A stretch of DNA of 16,597 nucleotides from Candidatus Eiseniibacteriota bacterium. Its GTDB lineage: Bacteria > Eisenbacteria > RBG-16-71-46 > CAZEPH01. The DNA is taken from the NCBI GenBank assembly GCA_044229145.1, contig JBGATO010000078.1, positions 1 to 16,597 of the forward strand, read 5' to 3'. A program made the position numbers and the translations under genes. This document shows, piece after piece, positions 7,571-16,597 of the stretch (position 1 is the stretch's first letter; the number at the start of each line of letters is the position of its first letter). Below the pieces are notes generated by a model that was given only the letters and a program-made list of their open reading frames with translations, made no database searches and was not told where the DNA came from.

Positions 7571-9598
7571 ATGACCCGTCGTCTTCGCCTGGTGGCCGGC
7601 TTGGCCGCCGCCTGCGCGGCGCTCGCCGCCCTCGCCCCGGCCGCTGGGGCCAGTTCCGGTCTGAATCTCGCCGACCGCGACACCACCTGCGCCCCGTGCC
7701 AGGACTTCTACCAGTACGCCACCGGCGGCTGGCGCGCCCGCACCGAACTGCCGGCCAGCGAATCGACCTGGGGCTCGTTCGACGTGCTGGCCGAGCGCAC
7801 GCGCATCGTGCTGCGCGGCATCCTCGAGAAGGCAGCGGCCGGCGGCGGCACCGCGGACGCCCGCAAAATCGGCGACTTCTACGCCGCCGCGATGGACTCG
7901 GCCGGCATCGAGGCCGCCGGCCTCACGCCGTTGCGCGGCGAGCTCGACGCGATCGCGGCGGTGAAGTCGTCGGGTGAACTGCCGGCGCTGGTGGCCCGCT
8001 TGCACAACGACGGCGTCGGGGTGTTCTACGGCTTCGGCTCGGGCCAGGACGCCAAGCACAGCGCCGAGGTCATCGCGCAGGCGATGCAGGGCGGCCTCGG
8101 CCTCCCCGACCGCGACTACTACTTCAAGACCGACCCGAACACGCAGAAGATCCGCGACGGCTACCGCGATTATGTGTCGAAGCTGTTCGCGCTCGCCGGC
8201 TCGTCGCCGCAGGTGGCGTCGCAGGCGGCGGAGACGGTGATGCGTCTCGAGACGCGGCTCGCCGCCGCGTCGCGCACCCGCGTCGAGCGCCGCGACCCAG
8301 TGAAGAACTACAACAAGATGAGCACCGGCGATCTCGCCAAGCTCACGCCGCACTACGCGTGGGCGACGTACTTCCGCGCCGTCGGCGCGCCGGCGTTCGA
8401 CTCGGTGAACGTCGGGCAGCCGGACTTCTTCTCCGTGCTCGACTCGATGGTCGGGGCGACGCCGGTCGACGACTGGAAGACGTACTGCACGGCGCGACTG
8501 CTCGATGCCAACGCGGGACGTTTGCCGTCGGCGTTCGTCGACGCGTCGTTCGACTTCCGCGGCCGCATCATCGAGGGCACCGAGGTCAACTTGCCGCGGT
8601 GGCGCCGCGCGCTCGCCAGCACCGACCGCGCGCTCGGCGAAGTGCTCGGCAAGGTGTACGTCGAGCAGAACTTCCCGCCGGCCGCCAAGACGCGCATGCA
8701 GCAGATGGTGGCGGACCTCGTGCAGGCGTTTCGCGAGGACATCCAGTCGCTCGACTGGATGAGCGACGCGACGAAGACGGCGGCGCTCGGCAAGCTCGCC
8801 ACCTTCACGCCGAAGATCGGCTACCCGGACAAGTGGCGCAACTACGACGGCCTCGCGGTGACGCGCGGCTCGTGGGTCACCAACGCGCTCGCCTCGAACA
8901 AGTTCGACAACGCGTACGACCTCGCGAAGATCGGCAAGCCGGTGGACCGGCTCGAGTGGGGCATGACGCCGCCGACCATCAACGCCTATTACAACGCCGG
9001 CAAGAACGAGATCGTCTTCCCCGCCGGCATCCTGCAGCCGCCGTTCTTCGACATGCACGCGGACGACGCGGTGAACTACGGTGCCATCGGCGTCGTCATC
9101 GGCCACGAGATGTCGCACGGTTTCGACGACCGCGGGCGCAAGTTCGACGCGCAGGGCAATCTCAACGAGTGGTGGAACGCCGACGACAAGGCGAAGTTCG
9201 ACCAGCGCGCCGCGTGTGTCGAGCAGGAGTACGCCAGCTTCACGATTCAAGACTCGCTGCACATGCAGGGCAAGCTGGTGCTCGGTGAGGCGCTCGCGGA
9301 TCTCGGCGGCTCGCGGCTCGCGCTGCGCGCGCTCGACATCGCGCTCAAGCGCAAGCCGCAGGCCGTGATCGACGGCTACACGCCGTACCAGCGCTTCTAC
9401 CTCGGCTTCGCGGCGATTTGGGCGGAGGTCAACCGTCCGGAGGCGGAGCGTCTGCAGATCGCCACCGACCCGCACCCGCTGGGCCGCTTCCGTGTCAACG
9501 GCACGGTGGTCAACAACCCGGCATTCGCCGAGGCGTTCAAGTGCCCGGCCGGCGCGGCGATGACGAAGAGCGACGCGGACCGGTGCCGGATTTGGTAA
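7571..9598 (+). CDS. Secreted M13 family metallopeptidase (neprilysin/ECE/PepO-like), paralog 1
   Basis: ATG 7571 follows AGGAAGGAAAG. Signal-peptide-like N-terminus (MTRRLRLVAGLAAACAALAALAPAAGA). PCQDFYQYATGGW, GLGLPDRDYY, KIGYPDKWR, NAYY, HEMSHGFDD, GEALADLGG, C-terminal CRIW. 675 aa. Confidence 0.95.
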   Translation: MTRRLRLVAGLAAACAALAALAPAAGASSGLNLADRDTTCAPCQDFYQYATGGWRARTELPASESTWGSFDVLAERTRIVLRGILEKAAAGGGTADARKIGDFYAAAMDSAGIEAAGLTPLRGELDAIAAVKSSGELPALVARLHNDGVGVFYGFGSGQDAKHSAEVIAQAMQGGLGLPDRDYYFKTDPNTQKIRDGYRDYVSKLFALAGSSPQVASQAAETVMRLETRLAAASRTRVERRDPVKNYNKMSTGDLAKLTPHYAWATYFRAVGAPAFDSVNVGQPDFFSVLDSMVGATPVDDWKTYCTARLLDANAGRLPSAFVDASFDFRGRIIEGTEVNLPRWRRALASTDRALGEVLGKVYVEQNFPPAAKTRMQQMVADLVQAFREDIQSLDWMSDATKTAALGKLATFTPKIGYPDKWRNYDGLAVTRGSWVTNALASNKFDNAYDLAKIGKPVDRLEWGMTPPTINAYYNAGKNEIVFPAGILQPPFFDMHADDAVNYGAIGVVIGHEMSHGFDDRGRKFDAQGNLNEWWNADDKAKFDQRAACVEQEYASFTIQDSLHMQGKLVLGEALADLGGSRLALRALDIALKRKPQAVIDGYTPYQRFYLGFAAIWAEVNRPEAERLQIATDPHPLGRFRVNGTVVNNPAFAEAFKCPAGAAMTKSDADRCRIW

Positions 9599-9623
9599 GC
9601 GGCACCGCCGCCGTCGCATGCCC

Positions 9624-9655
9624 GAGCAGCCGGGTCCCCACGGACCCGGCTGTTC
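9624..9655 (+). terminator. Strong hairpin between the two M13 genes (terminator or mRNA-stabilising stem)
   Basis: GAGCAGCCGGGTCC-CCAC-GGACCCGGCTGTTC forms a 14-bp stem with one G-U pair, 25 nt after the paralog-1 stop. No real U-tract. Confidence 0.55.
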
Positions 9656-9726
9656 ACTCGTCCTCCGCGTGGGTCGCCCGCGGGTTCGGCACTCCGTGGC
9701 GGCCGCGCATCGCCACACGCCGCGCC

Positions 9727-11754
9727 GTGTGGTCCCCGCGTGGCCCGATCCTCGCGGCCATGCTCCTGGCGGCCATGGCGGCGACATCGCATGCGAGCAG
9801 CGGCATCACACTCGCCAACCGCGACACCACGTGCGCTCCGTGCGACGATTTCGACCGCTACGCGGTGGGCCGATGGAAGGACGCGCATCCGATTCCCGAG
9901 ACGGAAGCCGCGTGGAACACGTGGGAGATCATGCGTCAGCGGGCGCAGATCGCGGTGCGGGAGATTTGCGAGCGTGCGGCTCAGACCTCCGCGGCGCCGG
10001 GGACGCCGGAGCGCATCGTCGGCGACTACTTCGCAGCGGCAATGGATTCGCACGCCACGGAGGCCGCCGGATTGTCTCCCCTCCGTGAGGAGCTCGCGGC
10101 AATCGACGGTCTGAAGGATGCGCGAGACCTTCCTGCCCTCGTCGCCCGCCTCCACAACGCCGGCCCCTGGACGAACGCGTTCTTCTCGTTCGGCCCGACG
10201 ATCGATGCGAAGAACTCCACGTGGAACATCGCGCTTCTCTCGCAGTCGGGCCTGGGTCTGCCCGACCGCGATTACTACGTGCGGACGGATGCCGCATCGC
10301 AGCGTATCCGCGACGGGTATCGGGACTACCTGACGCGCCTGTTCGCACTGGCCGGCGAGTCTCCCGAGGCGGCCTCCCGAGATGCCGCGGCGACGCTCCG
10401 CATCGAAACGCGACTGGCCACGGCGTCCCTCACACGCCTCGAACGACGCGACCTGCACGCGCAGTACAACAAGCGGAGCGTCGCGCAGTTGGCGACGCTG
10501 ACACCGCACATCGCGTGGAGTGCGTACTGGACCGCGGTCGGTGCTCCGCCGTTCGACTCCGTCAACATCGCGCAGCCCGGCTTCTTCGCGGTGGTCGACA
10601 GCATCTGGGCGACAACGCCGCTCGACGACCTGCGAGCCTACTGTCGCGCCGGACTCTTGGACGCCTCCGCCGATTACCTCCCAGCGGCGTTCGTCGACGC
10701 AAGCTTCGCCTTCCGCGGCCGTCTGCTCCAGGGCGCGCCGGAGAACTGGCCACGGTGGCGCCGCGCGCTCGACTCCGCGGAGCTCGCCATCGGGGAACTC
10801 CTCGGCCGGGCGTACGTGGAGACGCATTTTCCGCCGGCCGCCAAAGCACGCGCCCAACGACTCGTCGATGACGTGCGCGTGGCATTCGGTGAACGCCTCG
10901 ACGCCGCGGACTGGATGAGCGCCGACACGAAGCGCGCGGCGCGCGAGAAGCTGGCGCGCCTGACACCGCGAATCGGCTACCCGGACACTTGGCGCGACTT
11001 TTCGCAACTCGGCCTCGGCCGGGACTCGTGGATGGCCAACGTCAAGCGGGCCACGCGCCACGAGAATCATCGCTCGCTCCAGCGCATCGGCAAGCCGGTC
11101 GACCGCACGCAATGGAGTACGACACCGCAGACCGCGAATGCGTTCTACTCGCCGCCGAAGAACGAGATCGTGCTGCCGGCGGCGGCGTTCCAACCGCCGT
11201 TCTTCGACCCCGGCGCGGACGACGCGGTGAACTACGGCGCCATCGGCATGATCATTGCCCACGAGATGTCACACGGCTTCGACGACCTCGGCCGGCAACG
11301 CGACGCGGACGGCAACCTCCGCGAGTGGTGGGGGGCCGCCGATGTCGCCGCCTTCCACGAGCGCGCTGGGTGCATCGCGGCGCACTTCTCCGGCTACCAC
11401 GTGCAGGATACCTTGCGGGTCGACGGCCGACTCGTCGTGGGCGAAGCGATCGCCGATCTCGGCGGGGTCCGCGTTGCGCGGCGCGCTCTCGACCTCGCGC
11501 TCGCCCGCGCGCCGCAACCCGTCATCGATGGCTACACGCCCGCGCAACGCTTCTATCTGTCGTTCGCGACCGTGTGGGCGGAGTCGTTGCGTCCCGAGGA
11601 GGAACGGCGCCGCTTGATGCTCGACTCGCATCCCCCGCACCGTTACCGCACGCTCGGAACGCTGGCGAACGATCCCGGCTTCGCCGAGGCGTTCCACTGC
11701 CCCACGGGTTCGCCGATGACGCGCGACGCCGCGACGCGGTGTGCGCTGTGGTAG
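9727..11754 (+). CDS. Secreted M13 family metallopeptidase, paralog 2
   Basis: Colinear with paralog 1: RDTTCAPCDDF, GLGLPDRDYY, RIGYPDTWR, NAFY, HEMSHGFDD, GEAIADLGG, C-terminal CALW. Start uncertain: GTG 9727 gives 675 aa with a signal-like leader; ATG 9760 is the alternative. No clear RBS. Confidence 0.92.
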   Translation: MWSPRGPILAAMLLAAMAATSHASSGITLANRDTTCAPCDDFDRYAVGRWKDAHPIPETEAAWNTWEIMRQRAQIAVREICERAAQTSAAPGTPERIVGDYFAAAMDSHATEAAGLSPLREELAAIDGLKDARDLPALVARLHNAGPWTNAFFSFGPTIDAKNSTWNIALLSQSGLGLPDRDYYVRTDAASQRIRDGYRDYLTRLFALAGESPEAASRDAAATLRIETRLATASLTRLERRDLHAQYNKRSVAQLATLTPHIAWSAYWTAVGAPPFDSVNIAQPGFFAVVDSIWATTPLDDLRAYCRAGLLDASADYLPAAFVDASFAFRGRLLQGAPENWPRWRRALDSAELAIGELLGRAYVETHFPPAAKARAQRLVDDVRVAFGERLDAADWMSADTKRAAREKLARLTPRIGYPDTWRDFSQLGLGRDSWMANVKRATRHENHRSLQRIGKPVDRTQWSTTPQTANAFYSPPKNEIVLPAAAFQPPFFDPGADDAVNYGAIGMIIAHEMSHGFDDLGRQRDADGNLREWWGAADVAAFHERAGCIAAHFSGYHVQDTLRVDGRLVVGEAIADLGGVRVARRALDLALARAPQPVIDGYTPAQRFYLSFATVWAESLRPEEERRRLMLDSHPPHRYRTLGTLANDPGFAEAFHCPTGSPMTRDAATRCALW

Positions 11755-11756
11755 GC

Positions 11757-12734
11757 ATGACGCACATCGCGGCGAGCGACTCACGATTCGCCGACTTCCG
11801 TCCGTACGTCGCATGCTGCGGCGGCGACGGCCGCGTCGCGTTCACGGCGACGCTGCGCGACGGGCGGAGCGGCGTATTCCTCGGCGACGGCGTGGGCGCA
11901 TGCGACGCGGTGTGCGTGGCGCCGTGCGGCGATGTCGCGGCATTCGTGAGTCATCCGGCGCTCGATGCGCGCGGCGGGGTGAGCGTCTACGCATCGCTCG
12001 CCGGCGGCGGCACGGCGGTGGTGGTCGTGCGCGACGGAAAGGTGGCGACGATCGCCGCGCGCGGCGCGCGCTTCACCGAAATCGGACCGCTGGGGCCGAC
12101 GATGAACGCGGCGGGCGTAGTGGCGTTTCGCGCCGTGGAGACGGATGGCACGGCCGGCGTGTACGCCGGAACGCCGGAGGGCATCGCTTGCATCGCCTCG
12201 GCTCGCGAGGGCGTCACCGAGTTCCACGGCCTGCCGGTCATCGACCCGCACGGCATGGTCGCGGTGCGGGCGACGATGCGCGACGGCCGCGAGGTAGTGC
12301 TGTATGGACGCGGCGATGCGCCGGCGAGTGTCGCCGTCTCGACGGACGCGGGCTTCCGCGCGCTGTCGCCCTTCGTGAGCGTGCGCGGCGACGGCACGAT
12401 CGGATTTGGCGCCGTGGCCGCACACGGCGACGCGGGCGCCTTCGCGGCGCGTCGCGCGCGCCTGTTCACACTGGCCGCGCCGGACGGCGCGTTCGCCACA
12501 CCGTGCGCAGCATTGCTGGCGGATCGTGGCCACTTCGCCATCGTCGGCACCGCGCCGGACGGCGACATCAGCGTGTTCGCGGGCGGCCGGCGCGTGCTCG
12601 GCGTCGGCGACACATTCGAGGGAGCACGCATCGTCGAGATCGCCGCCAATCCGGTGTCGATCAATGCGGGTGGCGCGCTCGCCGTCCGCGTGCTGTGCGA
12701 CGAAGGCCGGCAGGCGATCGTCCGCCTCGACTGA
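11757..12734 (+). CDS. Hypothetical protein with seven ~45-aa repeats of the NxxGxxAF type (probable beta-propeller)
   Basis: ATG 2 nt after the paralog-2 stop; 325 aa. Repeated cores: GGDGRVAF, LDARGGVSV, MNAAGVVAF, IDPHGMVAV, VRGDGTIGF, LADRGHFAI, INAGGALAV. Confidence 0.7.
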   Translation: MTHIAASDSRFADFRPYVACCGGDGRVAFTATLRDGRSGVFLGDGVGACDAVCVAPCGDVAAFVSHPALDARGGVSVYASLAGGGTAVVVVRDGKVATIAARGARFTEIGPLGPTMNAAGVVAFRAVETDGTAGVYAGTPEGIACIASAREGVTEFHGLPVIDPHGMVAVRATMRDGREVVLYGRGDAPASVAVSTDAGFRALSPFVSVRGDGTIGFGAVAAHGDAGAFAARRARLFTLAAPDGAFATPCAALLADRGHFAIVGTAPDGDISVFAGGRRVLGVGDTFEGARIVEIAANPVSINAGGALAVRVLCDEGRQAIVRLD

Positions 12735-12737
12735 GGC

Positions 12738-13472
12738 CTACCCCGCCGTGCCGTCCTTGCGCTGGTGGAGGCCGACGCGGTTGCCGTCGGGATCGGCGAC
12801 GTAGGCCATCCAGCACACGCTGGTTTCGCGCGGCTCGACGAGGATCGTCACCCCGGCGGCGCGCAGCGACGCGATCGCCGCATGGATGTCCGCCACCGCG
12901 AGCGACGCGCACGGCGGACCGTCCCACGGATTGTCGGCGGCACTCGGCGTGAAGCACACCACCGACGGCCGGACGTCGAATTCGCTCCAACCGTCCTCGA
13001 ACTCCTCACCCGGCGCCAGTCCGAGCACGTCGCGCCAGAACGCCTGCGTGCGCGCCATGTCCGACGTCGGGTATTGGAAGAAGTCGACACCGAGGACCTC
13101 GATGATCCCGCGCGTCGCCGCACGCTGGGCGCCGATCCACGCGAACACCTCGTCGATCTTTGCCGCGAGCACGAAGTCGTTCTTGTGCAGTCCGCCGATC
13201 TTGTGCGTCCACGTCTCCACGAGGACGCGCCCCCACGAGACGTGCAGATCCGGATGATGCCCTTCGATCTCGGCGACATCGCCAGCGCGGCGTGCGAAGT
13301 CCATCGCGCCGACGAAGTCGTCGAACAGGTAGACCTTTTCGAGGTAGCGAATGCCGTCGCGGTCACCGGCCGTCCAGCCCGGCACCTCCGGCATGAGCGC
13401 GGCGATCTCGGCGTCGGTCAACGTCGGCACACCGCCACGGCACGGCACACACTTGTCCTGCGTCAGTCCCAT
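12738..13472 (-). CDS. Fusion of pterin-4a-carbinolamine dehydratase (N-term) and VOC/glyoxalase-like domain (C-term)
   Basis: ATG 13472 with GGAGG 5 nt upstream; 244 aa. PCD part: KCVPCRGG, AEIEGHHPDL, WTHKIGGLHKNDFVLAAKID. VOC part: SDMARTQAFWRDVLGL, AVADIHAAIASLRAAGV, ADPDGNRVGL. No stop between the two domains. Confidence 0.88.
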   Translation of the reverse strand: MGLTQDKCVPCRGGVPTLTDAEIAALMPEVPGWTAGDRDGIRYLEKVYLFDDFVGAMDFARRAGDVAEIEGHHPDLHVSWGRVLVETWTHKIGGLHKNDFVLAAKIDEVFAWIGAQRAATRGIIEVLGVDFFQYPTSDMARTQAFWRDVLGLAPGEEFEDGWSEFDVRPSVVCFTPSAADNPWDGPPCASLAVADIHAAIASLRAAGVTILVEPRETSVCWMAYVADPDGNRVGLHQRKDGTAG

Positions 13473-13493
13473 CTCGGCCTCCGGAGAACGCGC

Positions 13494-13526
13494 GCGAGCG
13501 AGGCGCACGGTCGCCGCCTCGCTCGC
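13494..13526. other. Perfect 12-bp inverted repeat between ettA and the PCD-VOC gene
   Basis: GCGAGCGAGGCG-N9-CGCCTCGCTCGC with no U-tract; likely an mRNA stabilising or attenuating hairpin. Confidence 0.55.
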
Positions 13527-13552
13527 CGAACGCGTGTGGTGATGAGATGCCT

Positions 13553-15232
<1,680 letters not shown>

Positions 15233-15288
15233 GGATTCCTCGCGTTGTGGGTGATGCGGCGCGCGACGCTCTCGCCGCGCGCGGATGA

Positions 15289-16224
15289 CTACGGGGTGAC
15301 GCCGGCGAGCGCGCCGCGCGCCTGAACGACGGCACGCGTGCGCGCGACGTCGTCGTGCATTTGGGCGATCAGCGCCTCGGCGCTGTCGAAGCGCTGTTCG
15401 TCGCGCAGGCGCGCAAGCAGCGTGAGCCGGAGATGGCGGCCGACCAGATCGCCGTCGAAGTCGAGCAGGAACACTTCGACGGTGCGGCGGCCATCGGTGA
15501 CGAAAGTCGGACGCACGCCGATCGATAGCGCGCCGGCGACACTGCGACGCGGATCGTCGGTGGCGCCGTCGACACGCACCGCGTAGATGCCGTCGGCCGG
15601 CAGGAGGCGCGACGGGTCGACGTCGAGATTGGCGGTCGGATAGCCGAGCGTGCGGCCGCGGCCATCGCCGGGACGCACCGGCCCGTCGAGGACGTACGGC
15701 CAGCCGAGCAAGCGCTCGGCCTGCGCGAGGTCGCCCGCCGCGAGCACCTGGCGAATCCGCGTGCTCGACACCGCATCGCCCTCGAGATAGAGCGGATCGA
15801 CCCCGCGCACCGCGAATCCGCGCTCGGTGCCGAGGGACGCCAGCACGTCGCGCGTGCCGCGGCGCTGATGGCCAAGCGCGTGGTCCGGCCCGACGATGAG
15901 GGCGGCCAGCGGGAAGCGCGCATCGATGTCGGCGAGGAACTCCGCCGGGCCGAGACGCGCAGTGTCCGCGGTGAAGGTGAGCACGTCGGCCACGTCCATG
16001 CCCGCCTCGGCGAGGAGCGCCAGCCGCTGCGGCAGCGAGGTGAGCAGCGGCGGGCAACGGTCCGGCGCGAGAACCGCCAACGGATGCGGATCGATCGCCA
16101 GGGCGACGCTGCGCGCGCCGCTCGCCGCGGCCTCGGCGCGGACGACGTCGAGCACGGCGCGATGGCCGCGGTGCACGCCATCGAACACCCCGATGGTGAC
16201 GACGTGGCGACGTGGCGCAGTCAT
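15289..16224 (-). CDS. ribF: Bifunctional riboflavin kinase / FAD synthetase
   Basis: ATG 16224 overlaps the upstream stop (ATGA), with GAGGTGG RBS; 311 aa. [57 protein letters not shown]. Confidence 0.96.
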   Translation of the reverse strand: MTAPRRHVVTIGVFDGVHRGHRAVLDVVRAEAAASGARSVALAIDPHPLAVLAPDRCPPLLTSLPQRLALLAEAGMDVADVLTFTADTARLGPAEFLADIDARFPLAALIVGPDHALGHQRRGTRDVLASLGTERGFAVRGVDPLYLEGDAVSSTRIRQVLAAGDLAQAERLLGWPYVLDGPVRPGDGRGRTLGYPTANLDVDPSRLLPADGIYAVRVDGATDDPRRSVAGALSIGVRPTFVTDGRRTVEVFLLDFDGDLVGRHLRLTLLARLRDEQRFDSAEALIAQMHDDVARTRAVVQARGALAGVTP

Positions 16225-16466
16225 GCGATCGCCACCTCGGTGTCGCGCCGCGCGGCGCTGAGCTCCTCCGGCGTGCACAGCACGCGTTCCATGGTCACCG
16301 GCACGTCGGCGGCCGGTGGCGGCGCGCAGACACCGAGCACCCGTCCTCCCGGTGCGCGCACGATGACGAAGTCCGCCGGGGCGCCCTCGATCTGCAGGAG
16401 CCCGGCGCGCGGCGCCTGACCGTGCACCAGGCGCTCGGCATCCGCCCACTCGAGCGTCGCGTGCGC
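16221..16466 (-). CDS. truB: C-terminal (PUA-like) part of tRNA pseudouridine-55 synthase TruB, 5'-disrupted
   Basis: [17 protein letters not shown]...[13 protein letters not shown]...MERVL resembles TruB C-termini. It is translationally coupled to ribF, the conserved truB-ribF order. Upstream of ~16466 this frame no longer resembles TruB. Confidence 0.7.
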   Translation of the reverse strand, partial: AHATLEWADAERLVHGQAPRAGLLQIEGAPADFVIVRAPGGRVLGVCAPPPAADVPVTMERVLCTPEELSAARRDTEVAIA

Positions 16467-16596
16467 CCCGCCACGCGTGCAGGTGCGCATCGGGTGTGGC
16501 GGCGGTACGTACAATCGCGCGATCGCCCGCGACCTCGGCGAAGTGCTCGGATGTGGGGGACAAGTCGCGAGCTTGCGCCGCGAGGCTGCCGGTCCG
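16456..16596 (+). pseudogene. truB: Inverted internal fragment of truB (catalytic-domain segment) on the opposite strand
   Basis: Plus-strand translation from 16456: [47 protein letters not shown]. This matches the TruB motif CxxGTYIRxLxxDLGxxLGxGAHxxxLRRxxxGPF. Confidence 0.85.
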
Positions 16597-16597
16597 G

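Noticed and set aside
7550..11262. Long minus-strand ORFs (7550-9787 and 9397-11262)
   Set aside because: They are antisense shadows of the two M13 peptidase genes.
16467..16514. TTG start at 16514 giving a 97-aa stand-alone protein
   Set aside because: The first ~16 codons are the reverse complement of the inverted truB fragment. The rest is better explained as the TruB C-terminus.

Overview
High-GC (~70%) bacterial chromosomal window built around the conserved truB-ribF-rpsO-pnp-M16 peptidase cluster on the minus strand. An ~8 kb block sits between ribF and rpsO. It holds ettA and a pterin-4a-carbinolamine dehydratase/VOC fusion (minus strand), plus two tandem secreted M13 (neprilysin/PepO-like) peptidase paralogs and a seven-repeat NxxGxxAF-type propeller protein (plus strand). 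At the left is a translationally coupled plus-strand operon: class I/II aminotransferase, GT4 glycosyltransferase and a DUF4336-like protein. Two anomalies are not visible in the ORF track. First, the last ~135 bp encode part of the TruB catalytic domain on the PLUS strand, joined to the TruB C-terminus on the MINUS strand, i.e. an intragenic inversion or a chimeric/misassembled contig end. Second, the DUF4336-like gene appears to carry a 1-bp deletion near its 3' end. I found no tRNA, rRNA, CRISPR array or mobile element, and no clearly new multi-gene system. The best leads are the truB inversion, the PCD-VOC fusion and the M13-M13-propeller cassette. All family calls are by motif recognition, not database search.
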